From the IMG/VR virus record IMGVR_UViG_3300035157_000038, positions 1-29,536 of that record: 29,536 bases of DNA, one strand, 5' to 3'. A model generated the notes under the pieces. The model ran no database searches, was not told the DNA's origin, and saw nothing but the letters and a program-made list of their open reading frames with translations. Each line of letters opens with the position of its first letter. Positions within the stretch are counted from its first letter, which is position 1. This document shows, piece by piece, positions 8,056 through 16,406 of the stretch. The translations under genes and the position numbers were made by a program. The stretch is from a virus. Taxonomy: Duplodnaviria > Caudoviricetes.

Positions 8056-8334
8056 ATGGCAGTCAGAAAAACAGCGGAAGGGGCAAAATTAAAACGATGG
8101 TTCAAGGAGAAATGGGTTGACGTTCGTACGGGGAAGGCATGTGGCAGACGTAAAGGTGAAAAACGGGGTACTCCATATTGTCGCCCATCCAAGCGTATCA
8201 GTTCTAAGACTCCCAAAACATCTAGTGAACTTAGTGCATCCGAAAAGAAAAGTAGGATCGCACAGAAAAAACGACTTGGACAACCAGCAGGAAAGCCAAG
8301 GCGAGTTAAATCAGTAAGAAGGAGAAAGAAATGA
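8056..8334 (+). CDS. Small basic protein (LKRWFKEKWVDV...CGR...PYCRPSKRISSKTPKT)
   Basis: TGATATG coupling to the previous gene. Very K/R-rich, motif recalled as DUF5872-like (unverified). Confidence 0.8.
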   Translation: MAVRKTAEGAKLKRWFKEKWVDVRTGKACGRRKGEKRGTPYCRPSKRISSKTPKTSSELSASEKKSRIAQKKRLGQPAGKPRRVKSVRRRKK

Positions 8335-8645
8335 CACGATGGTTAAAAAATATACAGGATGGTGAAATCTATGGATGGAATGAAATCCTAGCTGCTAATC
8401 CTATGACTAAAGAAGTTACTGAGGAAGAAGCATTTCCAGAAAAATTTATGACTAAAAAACAAAACGGGCGTAAGGCTAAGGTAAACATGGAAACAAAAGT
8501 TGTGGATGACACACCTAAAGTTTCTGCAGAGCTAGAAGAAGAGGCTACAAAAGGTTTAACCAGAGCTAGAAACGACAAAGGTCATTATATAGCTGATGAT
8601 CCTGATACGCCTGAGAATGAGGCTTGGGTAGATGATTCTAAATGA
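8331..8645 (+). CDS. Hypothetical protein with a C-terminal RARNDKGHYIADDPDTPENEAW motif
   Basis: AAGGAG RBS and ATGA overlap. The C-terminal motif is recalled from many marine phage proteins. Confidence 0.8.
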   Translation: MTRWLKNIQDGEIYGWNEILAANPMTKEVTEEEAFPEKFMTKKQNGRKAKVNMETKVVDDTPKVSAELEEEATKGLTRARNDKGHYIADDPDTPENEAWVDDSK

Positions 8646-9279
8646 TGTTATAGCGGAAGTCCGTGATCTAATACAGGATACAGATGCAACAGGGTATCGT
8701 TATACAGATGCTATGCTGTTGAAGTTTGCCAATCAGGTTTTAAGAAGAACAGCTATATTTAGACCTGATTTGTTTTCATTACAGACAAATCTGGCTTGTG
8801 TTGCTGGTACAGTTGTACAGTCAGCACCTGCTGATTCTATTAGATTAATGGAAGTTTACTATAATGTTAATGGTAATGGGATCATAGAAACTACACGGGA
8901 AGTTTTAGATCAAGCATATCCATCTTGGATGACTGATAATGCTGCTAGCACTATTAACTGGATTAGAAATATACGTAATCCAAATAAATTTTTTATATAT
9001 CCGAAAGCTCCTACCTCTCACGAGATAGTAATTGAGTATGCTCAAACTCCACCTATTTACACGGGAGCACAAGCAGTAGCTTTACTGCCTGATGCATATT
9101 TTCCTGCCATTGTAGATGGTACAGTATTTTTAGCGGAGTCTATAGATAATGAGCATGTTAACTCAAATAGAGCTGCACTTTTCCAGCAGTCCTTCTCACA
9201 AGCACTTGGTATATCCTCGCAGACTAGACAGATTACTGATACAGAAGGCGGCGGAATATCTGAAGAGGAGGTTGTCTAA
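8632..9279 (+). CDS. Head-tail adaptor-like protein 1
   Basis: Helical N-terminus (DVIAEVRDLIQD...RYTD..LL.FAN), beta core with FFIYPKAP, and a C-terminal helix. About 215 aa, resembling T7 gp11/P22 gp4-type adaptors. Confidence 0.7.
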   Translation: MILNDVIAEVRDLIQDTDATGYRYTDAMLLKFANQVLRRTAIFRPDLFSLQTNLACVAGTVVQSAPADSIRLMEVYYNVNGNGIIETTREVLDQAYPSWMTDNAASTINWIRNIRNPNKFFIYPKAPTSHEIVIEYAQTPPIYTGAQAVALLPDAYFPAIVDGTVFLAESIDNEHVNSNRAALFQQSFSQALGISSQTRQITDTEGGGISEEEVV

Positions 9280-9932
9280 TGCCAACAAGATTCGACAGTC
9301 TAGTGCCAAGGTTATCACCCAGTGTCCCAGGATGTCCACAGCCTGTTATAGAACAGTATGTGAGAGATGCTGCTATAGATGCGTGTGAAAAAACTCTGGC
9401 TTATAGACATATACAAACTAAAATACCACTAACTACAGGGGTGTATGATTATCCTTATGACCCCCCAACTAACACTGAGGTTCATGCGTTTTTGAGTGCT
9501 TCTATAGATGGCAATCATATGACAGCATTACCTTTAGAAGATTTCCAAGATAGGTTTCCTAAATGGCCTGATTTTGTGGCTGCTGATTATGGGATTCCAA
9601 GGTATATCTCACAACTTGATGCTGATACATTTATTGTAACACCTACACCTGATAATGCTAAAACTTATGAGATACGTATGGTTATTGCTGTTAAACCATT
9701 ACGTACAGCTTTAGAAATGGACACTACAGCATTTGATGAATTAGAAAATATTATAATGCACGGAGCACTTCAAAACTTACTAATCTTACCTGAACGAACA
9801 TGGTCAGACAGAGAGTTAGCTGCGTATCACGCTAAGCAATTTTTACATAAAACTGCAGAGCGAAGAGCTAGAGCTAACCTTGGTGCAGCTAGAAACTCGC
9901 TACGTGTTAAACCAGTAGCTTTTGGATGTTGA
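9279..9932 (+). CDS. Head-tail adaptor-like protein 2
   Basis: TAATG coupling. PGCP...VRDAAIDACEKT and FIVTPTPD motifs, with the same helix-beta-helix layout as adaptor 1. Confidence 0.65.
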   Translation: MPTRFDSLVPRLSPSVPGCPQPVIEQYVRDAAIDACEKTLAYRHIQTKIPLTTGVYDYPYDPPTNTEVHAFLSASIDGNHMTALPLEDFQDRFPKWPDFVAADYGIPRYISQLDADTFIVTPTPDNAKTYEIRMVIAVKPLRTALEMDTTAFDELENIIMHGALQNLLILPERTWSDRELAAYHAKQFLHKTAERRARANLGAARNSLRVKPVAFGC

Positions 9933-9940
9933 GGTGATAT

Positions 9941-10273
9941 ATGGCTGATGTAATTAGATTAGTAAAAGGTAATTCAAAACCTGACATTATAGTTACTTTA
10001 ACAGATGATTCTACTGGTGGTGCTATTGATCTTAGCGCTGGTACTACAGCTATCACTGTAAAGTTTCGTAAACAAAATACAACTACTGTATTGTCTACAA
10101 TAACTGCTAATAAAGTTAGTGGTGGAACTGGAGGGCAAGTACAGTTTGATTTTGCTGGTGGTGTACTTAATGTAGACCCTGGAATGTATGAAGGTGAAGT
10201 AAATATAGATTTTAATGGTGCTATTCAAACTGTTTATGATGTAATTAAATTTAGAGTACGGGATAACTTCTAA
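9941..10273 (+). CDS. BppU-N-like Ig-fold tail connector protein
   Basis: GAGG RBS. LVKGNS.P...VTLTD..TG.AIDLS, G.YEGEV.I.F and KFRVRDNF match the BppU N-terminal-type pattern. Confidence 0.65.
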   Translation: MADVIRLVKGNSKPDIIVTLTDDSTGGAIDLSAGTTAITVKFRKQNTTTVLSTITANKVSGGTGGQVQFDFAGGVLNVDPGMYEGEVNIDFNGAIQTVYDVIKFRVRDNF

Positions 10274-12144
10274 TGCCCAACATACGTCTTAAAGCCGCTA
10301 CTCAAGGTGGTCTGGCTTTTGATGTATCTGCCAGATCTGCTTCTAGTAGTCTTTCAGGCACTGGTATTTCACTCGAAGCAGAACCTCAAGATAGTGAAAT
10401 ATTTTTAGCTGCTGATCCAGTTATAACTGAAGTTATATATAGAGCTTCTGCTCGTGCATTGCAGCACGAGATATTTATGACGTATGAAGCTATACCAGTC
10501 ATTAATCTACCAGCAGAAACTGTAGTTACTTCAGATTCTATCGGGCCGTTTATTATAGGATTTAATCCTAGTGATACGCCTGTTGTTACAGATCTTCCTG
10601 CGTTTACTATAGGCTTTAACTCTTTAGTTGACACAGCCTCTATTACAGATTTACCAGCGCTTGAGGTAGGACGACCTTTAACTGATAACTTTTCTATAAC
10701 TGATTCTATAGGGCCATTTACAGTAGGATTAAATCCTAGTGATAGTATTAATACAGCTGATTCTATTGGGCCGTTCACTATAGGTTTTAACTCTTTAACT
10801 GATGTAGCCTCTATTACAGACCTTCCTGCGTTTACTATAGGTCTTAATTCTTTAGCTGATAGCTTTTCTATGACTGACTCTATAGGGCCGTTTGCTATAG
10901 GTTTTAATCCTAGTGACACGGCAAATATGTCAGATGTATTTGAGCCTACTATGACGTTTAGCAGAACGTTTGCTGATACTCCTGTGGTAAGCGAAGCTGA
11001 TGCAAAAACAACTACTAAGGTGTTGCCTTTAGATAAAGAAGATGAAGTAACAGTTACGTACACACAGGCGTATTCTTCTGGTGGGGCGCAGATTATATTT
11101 AACAGTAATTCTGTACTGCCAGGTAGAAATCAAAACTGTGCGTGGGCAGCAGATATACAACTTAAATCATCTTACTCAAGTGCTGAGTGTATATGGGATG
11201 TAGGTGGGGCTTTTCACGGATCTTACCTAGGTATAACTAGCACAGGAAAACTACGATTCAGAGGTGGAGAAGGTAGAAATACATTTCAAACTACATCCAC
11301 AAATGGGTTTGTAGTTGAGATAGATATAGCTGACTACCCACAGTTTTTTGACAACCAGACACATACCTTGGCTTGGGATATATCCATGACGGATAAACGA
11401 GGTAGGTTATGGATTGATAATCAACTTGTTATGGAAGAGTCCTGCTCTGGTAATTTGGGTGCTGGTGGCGCTGGTGTCTGGGCTGGAGGTAATGATAGTG
11501 GATTTGGTGTTGGTAAAGGATCTAGTGTAGCTGGTGATGCTGATAATGTAAATCAGACTCTAAATCCTTACACAGGTACTATAACGGGTAATTTACGATT
11601 CTATCAAAACCAACTTTACACGGATGTAATAGGAGATTTTGCAACTCCGTCTGATGCTGCACCTATACATACAATAGGTAAAAATCCATCTGATAGTGTG
11701 TCAGCTTCTGATGTTCCAGCTTTTACTGCAGTTACAGGGTTTACAGATAGTGTTAGTTTAGGTGATGCTTTTTCTCCACAGGTGGCATACAGTAGATTAT
11801 TTACAGATACTGTAACGTTATCTGATGCATCACCTACCTTTGTAGCTACTAAACCTATTGATACTAACACATCTACTGCTCAGGTAGATCCAGATCCAGT
11901 GGTTATGACAGACGCACCAGCTATGGTATTTACTAGATCACCATTTACAGACAGTGTGTCAGTTTCTCAAAATATAGTTTTACAGCCTATTAAAAGCGTG
12001 GTAGATTCAATTAGTGCATCTGACAACACGTATGAGATAGGTGCATCTTTTGAAGGTGACGGGGGTTTGTTTAATAGTGCCACACTTATTAGCTCCTCTC
12101 CACCGTTTAATGAAGAGTTTGTTCTGCAGACTTTTAGTAACTAG
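10273..12144 (+). CDS. Repeat-rich virion fibre with an inserted lectin/LamG-like domain
   Basis: 18-20 aa acidic repeats flank a globular beta domain (FFDNQTHTLAWD...RLWIDNQL...GNLRFYQ). Confidence 0.7.
   Translation: MPNIRLKAATQGGLAFDVSARSASSSLSGTGISLEAEPQDSEIFLAADPVITEVIYRASARALQHEIFMTYEAIPVINLPAETVVTSDSIGPFIIGFNPSDTPVVTDLPAFTIGFNSLVDTASITDLPALEVGRPLTDNFSITDSIGPFTVGLNPSDSINTADSIGPFTIGFNSLTDVASITDLPAFTIGLNSLADSFSMTDSIGPFAIGFNPSDTANMSDVFEPTMTFSRTFADTPVVSEADAKTTTKVLPLDKEDEVTVTYTQAYSSGGAQIIFNSNSVLPGRNQNCAWAADIQLKSSYSSAECIWDVGGAFHGSYLGITSTGKLRFRGGEGRNTFQTTSTNGFVVEIDIADYPQFFDNQTHTLAWDISMTDKRGRLWIDNQLVMEESCSGNLGAGGAGVWAGGNDSGFGVGKGSSVAGDADNVNQTLNPYTGTITGNLRFYQNQLYTDVIGDFATPSDAAPIHTIGKNPSDSVSASDVPAFTAVTGFTDSVSLGDAFSPQVAYSRLFTDTVTLSDASPTFVATKPIDTNTSTAQVDPDPVVMTDAPAMVFTRSPFTDSVSVSQNIVLQPIKSVVDSISASDNTYEIGASFEGDGGLFNSATLISSSPPFNEEFVLQTFSN
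10531..10989 (+). repeat. Eight tandem coding repeats of about 57 bp (DSIGPF/DLPAF + GFNPSD/GFNSLxD)
   Basis: Visible at DNA level, e.g. GATTCTAT.GGGCC.TT and TTTAATCCTAGTGA recurring, and at protein level. Confidence 0.9.
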
Positions 12145-12152
12145 GAGGTAGT

Positions 12153-12593
12153 ATGTTTACAGACGAAATTACGGTAACGGGTAAACTAAATGTTATACTT
12201 GTTGACCAAATGGGGATTGTCAAAGAAGAGCATGACTTTGATAACCTAGTAGTAACCGCAGGTAAAGGTTACATAGCATCACGTATGAAAGATGCTACAG
12301 CAACAGCTATGAGCCATATGGCTATTGGCACAGGAACTACAGCAGCTGCTGCATCTCAGACAGCGTTAGTCACAGAAGCAAACAGGCAAGCACTTACTAG
12401 TACTAGTGTGTCAGGTGCTGCTGTTACTTACTCAGCTACATTTGGAGCAGGTAATGGAACAGGAGCTATCACAGAAGCTGGCCTATTCAACGCTAGTTCT
12501 GGTGGTACTATGCTTTGCCGTACAGTATTTAGTGTAATCAACAAAGGTGCAGCGGATACGCTAACAGTTTCATGGACAGTAACGGTATCGTAA
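12153..12593 (+). CDS. Tail/collar structural protein
   Basis: AGGAGG RBS. NLVVTAG...SHMAIGTG...ITEAGLFNA..GG.MLCR.VF..INK motif typical of tail-collar/fibre-base domains. Confidence 0.75.
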   Translation: MFTDEITVTGKLNVILVDQMGIVKEEHDFDNLVVTAGKGYIASRMKDATATAMSHMAIGTGTTAAAASQTALVTEANRQALTSTSVSGAAVTYSATFGAGNGTGAITEAGLFNASSGGTMLCRTVFSVINKGAADTLTVSWTVTVS

Positions 12594-14708
12594 ATGACAA
12601 ACTACTCGTTAGTAAAAACAGCCAACAGTGCTAAAGGATCTTTAGCAGGAGGCATTTCTGCTAACCAAGGTACTTTGTCTTTGCTAGGTGGAGAGGGAGG
12701 TAAGTTCCCTACACTAGGTGCAAACGAATATTTTTACATAACAGTTACCTCCGCAGCACTTGCTACTAATACAGAGATTATGCGTGTAACTGCCAGGAAT
12801 GCAGATACGCTAACAATTACACAAGCAGATGGCACTGCTAGGAATCTAAACAATACATTTTCTGCTGGTGATTCTGTAGAGATCCGTACAACAGCTAACT
12901 CTATTAATGATCTATTTGATCTAGATAACATTCTACCCAATGCTCCTACCCAACCTAATAAATTTAGTTTTCGTAATACAAACAATGATGGTTTTGTTTA
13001 TAGATCTCTCGCAAACGGAAGTATAAGTTTTACCAGCGGAACTATCTATCAAAGTGACGAAGATGTTAAGTTTGCTATAAAATCCGATGGTACTAACTCC
13101 GATTATGTGGCATTAGCTCCAGATGATATATCCGAAGATACTAATACTAGTACAGGATATATGGGTTTACCTGTGCGAGGACATCCATACTTACCCTATC
13201 ATAAAGCAGATCTACCTAATAATCTTGCTACAGAAGTATTAACATACACAGCACTAAACGCCGCAACTAATTCTGCAGCTACATATTCTACTAAAACTAG
13301 TAGCGATGATAATTCATTATATGCTCATGCAGAAAACCACGACATTCCTATAAGCGAAGGCTCTCTTGTATATTTAGCGAATGTGGTAAGTAACGACAGA
13401 GAGGTTGGTGCTTTTGGTGAATGGATAACTGCAAATACTACTAATGCTGTATCTAACAGTACTACTGTAGTTCTTGATACTGTGCGCAGAACAACAGGTA
13501 TAACAGGCGCTGGCGGTAGCTTTGATGCTATTATAACAGCTCCTACTAATCAATGGGTGGGCAAATATTTATTACCAGTCGCTGGTGATGCTAGTGATAT
13601 AAATATACCTCCAGGTACACACGTAGTAGAATGCACTATTGCAAACTATGGGTTAGCTAACTATGCAGTTACCCTTACGTTAAATAATAATGTGACTATA
13701 CCACAGAATAACAGAATACAATTTCACGAACATAGAAAAACACAGTTAGGTACAGAGATGAGTGCATCTCAGCCTGAGACTGTGTATTATAAAAGGAATG
13801 CACTTGCTCCAGCTTCTACCACTGTAAACGGTGAAGCAGGTATTAAGAACGCAGCTAAAGATGCCTACATGCCTATTTCGGGTAAAACATGTAATATGTA
13901 CATGGTTACTTCTGGACAGGGTGGCACAGCAGCTGGATTTACTGCTAGTCCATATTATGTGCAGCTAGATACTAACGATACTAATGGCCCACATACTCAT
14001 CTTAGTGTTAAGTGCAAACCGCTTAGTGTAAACTCAGTATTTTCTGTACGGCTCTATTGTGGAGCTGCATACCAAGATAGTTCGTATGCATCTTTCGCAA
14101 TACTATGCGATTTTATGGACAATGATCCACAGCCAAACAATACTAGAGAGTTTAAGAATCCTAATGATAATACAGTAGCAAAAGCTGTAATGATGGTAGG
14201 ACGTCATATGGCGGATGACAGGTATAAAATACCAGAGTTTAATAATGCAAATCCAGGTGCAGCTGTTTCTGTTTCCACTTCTGAGTTTCTTCGCAGTGGT
14301 TTTTCTAATGGTAGACTTACTCCTGGTACGTGGCCTGATGATGCTACTAGCGTAAGTCAACAGCCTCAGTCTCAATCACCACTTTACTATGGTGGTAATC
14401 ACGATAATTTATCTTTAGATGGCTCTGGTACAACTATGGATTTTGATACGGGGAACATGATTGCTGGTTACATAAGAGGTTTTCAGTCGTCTGTTCAATT
14501 TTTTAGACCAGGAGTAACTGATTTTATACGCTTTAGAGTATATTGTGTATCTCAAAATAATTCTGGCACTGTTTATTTTCCGTACCCAGATTATGGACAA
14601 GCAATGCTTATAGTTGAAGAACATCCACAACCTGAAGGGATGTTTGGGTTTGATATACCAGGTGGGTTGGATACTACAGCACATTGGAATGGGAATAACA
14701 TAACATGA
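12594..14708 (+). CDS. Tail fibre/receptor-binding protein 1
   Basis: N-terminal anchor (FPTL..NEYFY...EIMRVTAR..DTLTI) shared with the next two genes, and a T/S/N/G-rich beta body. Confidence 0.75.
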   Translation: MTNYSLVKTANSAKGSLAGGISANQGTLSLLGGEGGKFPTLGANEYFYITVTSAALATNTEIMRVTARNADTLTITQADGTARNLNNTFSAGDSVEIRTTANSINDLFDLDNILPNAPTQPNKFSFRNTNNDGFVYRSLANGSISFTSGTIYQSDEDVKFAIKSDGTNSDYVALAPDDISEDTNTSTGYMGLPVRGHPYLPYHKADLPNNLATEVLTYTALNAATNSAATYSTKTSSDDNSLYAHAENHDIPISEGSLVYLANVVSNDREVGAFGEWITANTTNAVSNSTTVVLDTVRRTTGITGAGGSFDAIITAPTNQWVGKYLLPVAGDASDINIPPGTHVVECTIANYGLANYAVTLTLNNNVTIPQNNRIQFHEHRKTQLGTEMSASQPETVYYKRNALAPASTTVNGEAGIKNAAKDAYMPISGKTCNMYMVTSGQGGTAAGFTASPYYVQLDTNDTNGPHTHLSVKCKPLSVNSVFSVRLYCGAAYQDSSYASFAILCDFMDNDPQPNNTREFKNPNDNTVAKAVMMVGRHMADDRYKIPEFNNANPGAAVSVSTSEFLRSGFSNGRLTPGTWPDDATSVSQQPQSQSPLYYGGNHDNLSLDGSGTTMDFDTGNMIAGYIRGFQSSVQFFRPGVTDFIRFRVYCVSQNNSGTVYFPYPDYGQAMLIVEEHPQPEGMFGFDIPGGLDTTAHWNGNNIT

Positions 14709-15889
14709 CAAATTACCACGATATACAATTTGGAAATAATGCATATGGTACATTGTCACAAGCCTATGCCACAACTGCTACATCTATTGTACTAACGGCA
14801 GGTCATGGTGCTAGATTTCCTACACTTGCAGCAAATCAATATTTCTTTGCTACCTTATTAGATACAACTAATAATCTGGAAATAGTAAAAGTAACAGCTA
14901 GAGCCACAGATACTTTAACAATAGTTAGAGCACAAGAAGGTACTACAGCTAGAGCATTTGCTACTAATGACAGGGTAGAACTAAGAGTTACATCTGGCGG
15001 GCTTACTGTGTTGTCAGATTTAGATGAAATATTGCCAGATCAAACCTCTGCTAATGGTCAAGTACTAACAAGTACAGGTGGTACTGCAGGATTTGCAGCT
15101 TTAGATGTTACAGATTTTACTAGCCAAAATAATGCAAATTCTGGGTTCTTTGCTATACCTGCGGGTACTACAGCTCAAAGACCAGGATCACCACAAGCAG
15201 GTCATATTAGATATAATACAGATCACTATGGTGGAGCTAGACCCGAGTTCTACGCACAAAATAATGCATTCCTACCGTTAAACTCACCTATATTAAACAA
15301 GTATATAATAACAGCCTCAGCCTCAGCTTCTGGGTTTAGTGGGTTAAGTGAAGGTAAATTTCCATCAGGCACAAGTGCAGGTGGCTGGAGCACAGATGGT
15401 TTTACGCTAAATCAATTTCCTTTAACAGCAGTAAACGCAGGAACGCATAACATCTTGTCTGTTATCTGCAAACCTATGTCTACCAGTAGTGTGTTTCTTA
15501 TAGAGGTTACAGGTACTTGGTATAATAATACTAGTTACACATACGCTACTATAGGCAGAAGTACATCGACTACTGCTGCGGGTACTACTACAGGTAGTAC
15601 ATTAAACGTAGCACATATAAGAAACGGAGGCGATGGTACAGATAACACAGCTCCATCTAATGCAATTTTGTCTTGGCATCATGGTGCTAGTGTTCACGCT
15701 GGAGGTTTTGCTACTTACGACACACCTAACACAACAGATTTTGTTAGGTACTGTATACATTTTAGTAACGATAATGACTACCAGATTTATTTTCCTTATC
15801 AAGGACAAGGAACAATGATAGTTACGGAAATAGATGGCACAGGAACTACAAAAGTATCTACTGATGCACCATTGGAGGTAAATACCTAA
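14705..15889 (+). CDS. Tail fibre/receptor-binding protein 2
   Basis: Same anchor (EIVKVTAR.TDTLTIVRAQEGTTA), a fibre shaft motif IPAGTTAQRP..PQAG.IRYNTD, and a C-terminal domain paralogous to fibre 1. Confidence 0.8.
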   Translation: MTNYHDIQFGNNAYGTLSQAYATTATSIVLTAGHGARFPTLAANQYFFATLLDTTNNLEIVKVTARATDTLTIVRAQEGTTARAFATNDRVELRVTSGGLTVLSDLDEILPDQTSANGQVLTSTGGTAGFAALDVTDFTSQNNANSGFFAIPAGTTAQRPGSPQAGHIRYNTDHYGGARPEFYAQNNAFLPLNSPILNKYIITASASASGFSGLSEGKFPSGTSAGGWSTDGFTLNQFPLTAVNAGTHNILSVICKPMSTSSVFLIEVTGTWYNNTSYTYATIGRSTSTTAAGTTTGSTLNVAHIRNGGDGTDNTAPSNAILSWHHGASVHAGGFATYDTPNTTDFVRYCIHFSNDNDYQIYFPYQGQGTMIVTEIDGTGTTKVSTDAPLEVNT

Positions 15890-16395
15890 TGGTTGCTGTA
15901 GCTTCAAATAATGCTAAAAGCCAAATAACAGGGGCTATAAGTACTTCTGCTACCACATTAACTGTGACTAGTGGTCAAGGTGCGTTGTTTCCTAATGTGT
16001 CAAGTTCAGGAACTGATTACTTTTATGCAACTCTTATTGATGCATCAGGTAATAATGAGATAATTAAATGCACTAACAGATCTACAGATACGCTAACTGT
16101 AGTTAGAGCGCAGGATGGTACTACAGCTAGATCGTTTAGTGCAGGTGATAGAATAGAAATGAGGGTTGTAGCTGCACTCGTAAATGACTTGTTTACACAA
16201 GCATCAGGTGGCGGTGGACAACGTACGGAATGGTATGGGTTTTATGTAAATGGAGATAATTTGAATATTGACTATACGGCTTCTGGTAGCACAGATAATT
16301 ACATAGACTCAGATTACCCAGTTACTAAATTTGTCCCAGGAGATATGCAAGTAAGTATAAATGCTAGTGGACATTTAATATTAACAACTAGTTAG
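15889..16395 (+). CDS. Short tail-fibre anchor/adapter protein
   Basis: Same anchor domain, a GGGG hinge and a C-terminal beta segment of about 55 aa ending INASGHLILT. Confidence 0.75.
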   Translation: MVAVASNNAKSQITGAISTSATTLTVTSGQGALFPNVSSSGTDYFYATLIDASGNNEIIKCTNRSTDTLTVVRAQDGTTARSFSAGDRIEMRVVAALVNDLFTQASGGGGQRTEWYGFYVNGDNLNIDYTASGSTDNYIDSDYPVTKFVPGDMQVSINASGHLILTTS

Positions 16396-16406
16396 GATGT
16401 GTAATT

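Noticed and set aside
10531-10989. Regularly spaced repeats as a possible CRISPR array
   Set aside because: The repeats are in-frame, degenerate at third codon positions and lack unique spacers.
10386-11063. 225-aa minus-strand ORF with repeats
   Set aside because: Antisense shadow of the repeat fibre gene, with no RBS or promoter support.
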